From Octopus bimaculoides (lineage: Eukaryota), in contig NC_068994.1 in assembly GCF_001194135.2 (NCBI RefSeq), positions 22,666,698-22,730,697 on the forward strand: 64,000 bases of DNA, given 5' to 3'. The notes under the pieces are model-generated. The model saw only the letters and a program-made list of their open reading frames with translations, was not told the DNA's origin and did no database searches. The position numbers and the translations under genes were made by a program. Below, in pieces: positions 63,451 through 64,000 of this stretch (the stretch's first letter is position 1; every line of letters begins with the position of its first letter).

Positions 63451-64000
63451 GAGCTGGGTCTGGAGGTTCACAACAGAGTGAACTCTTTTAAAGGCTTTTA
63501 TGTATCAGGCTGTAGTGTTAAACCGGGTAGCATGATGTACCTACCACACAAGTTAGGAAACACGTTACCATGTGTCATTTAAATTTAAAACTTGAAAAAA
63601 AATTCATCTTACAAGAGAAGATGTTAATTTAAAAGCGATTTCTTTTGGCAAAACTCAAAACCAATTTTTACAAATGATATGGAAAATTGATTCCCCTTCG
63701 CATACTACTGGTATTCATGATGTTTCTGTTTAAAAGTTTAACTTTTTAAAGAAATTCTTGTAAATGCTGCAACTTTTGAATAAAGCATTTAAAAGAAAAG
63801 TAATTGTCATTGGCGTTACTGAAAAGAAAAACTAGATCTCTTTAACAAATGGTATACAGAGAAGGTAACTTCATTATCCATGCAAAGCAAACGAGTTCGA
63901 AAAATTAAGAGTTTTGATGGTAGTTGCTTGTCTGTGTAAATACAGCTTTATATTCATATCTTGTTTTGGATTAGAATTTCCGAAAATTTCAAACTATCTA

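Overview
AT-rich, repeat-dense animal genomic DNA from a gapped draft assembly. The SINE/LINE families and tandem KRAB-less C2H2 genes suggest an octopus or other coleoid cephalopod (inference). There are two intact single-exon C2H2 zinc-finger ORFs, both on the minus strand about 40 kb apart: 8143-9618 (9 fingers) and 50154-51704 (8 fingers). They are paralogues sharing a terminal three-finger module whose last finger is atypical (His to Asn, followed by RKLSCVP) yet is held by synonymous-only changes. Almost everything else is transposon debris. It includes RTE LINEs with a C4HC3 PHD finger inserted in the RT, more than 12 copies of their (GAT)n 3' tail, R4/Dong-like LINEs stacked in (TAA)n, and CR1/L2, Gypsy and Penelope relics. 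DNA transposons include mariner (DD34D), maT (DD37D) and Tigger relics, three hAT MITEs with perfect 8-bp TSDs and TTAA MITEs, plus several tRNA-derived SINE families. The most notable items are the conserved degenerate finger, a hAT MITE that appears to have captured 163 bp from a neighbouring LINE fragment, the PHD-in-RT LINE, and three fingers on an exact 46-aa period. Family assignments come from motif recognition by eye, not database searches; boundaries of degenerate elements are approximate.
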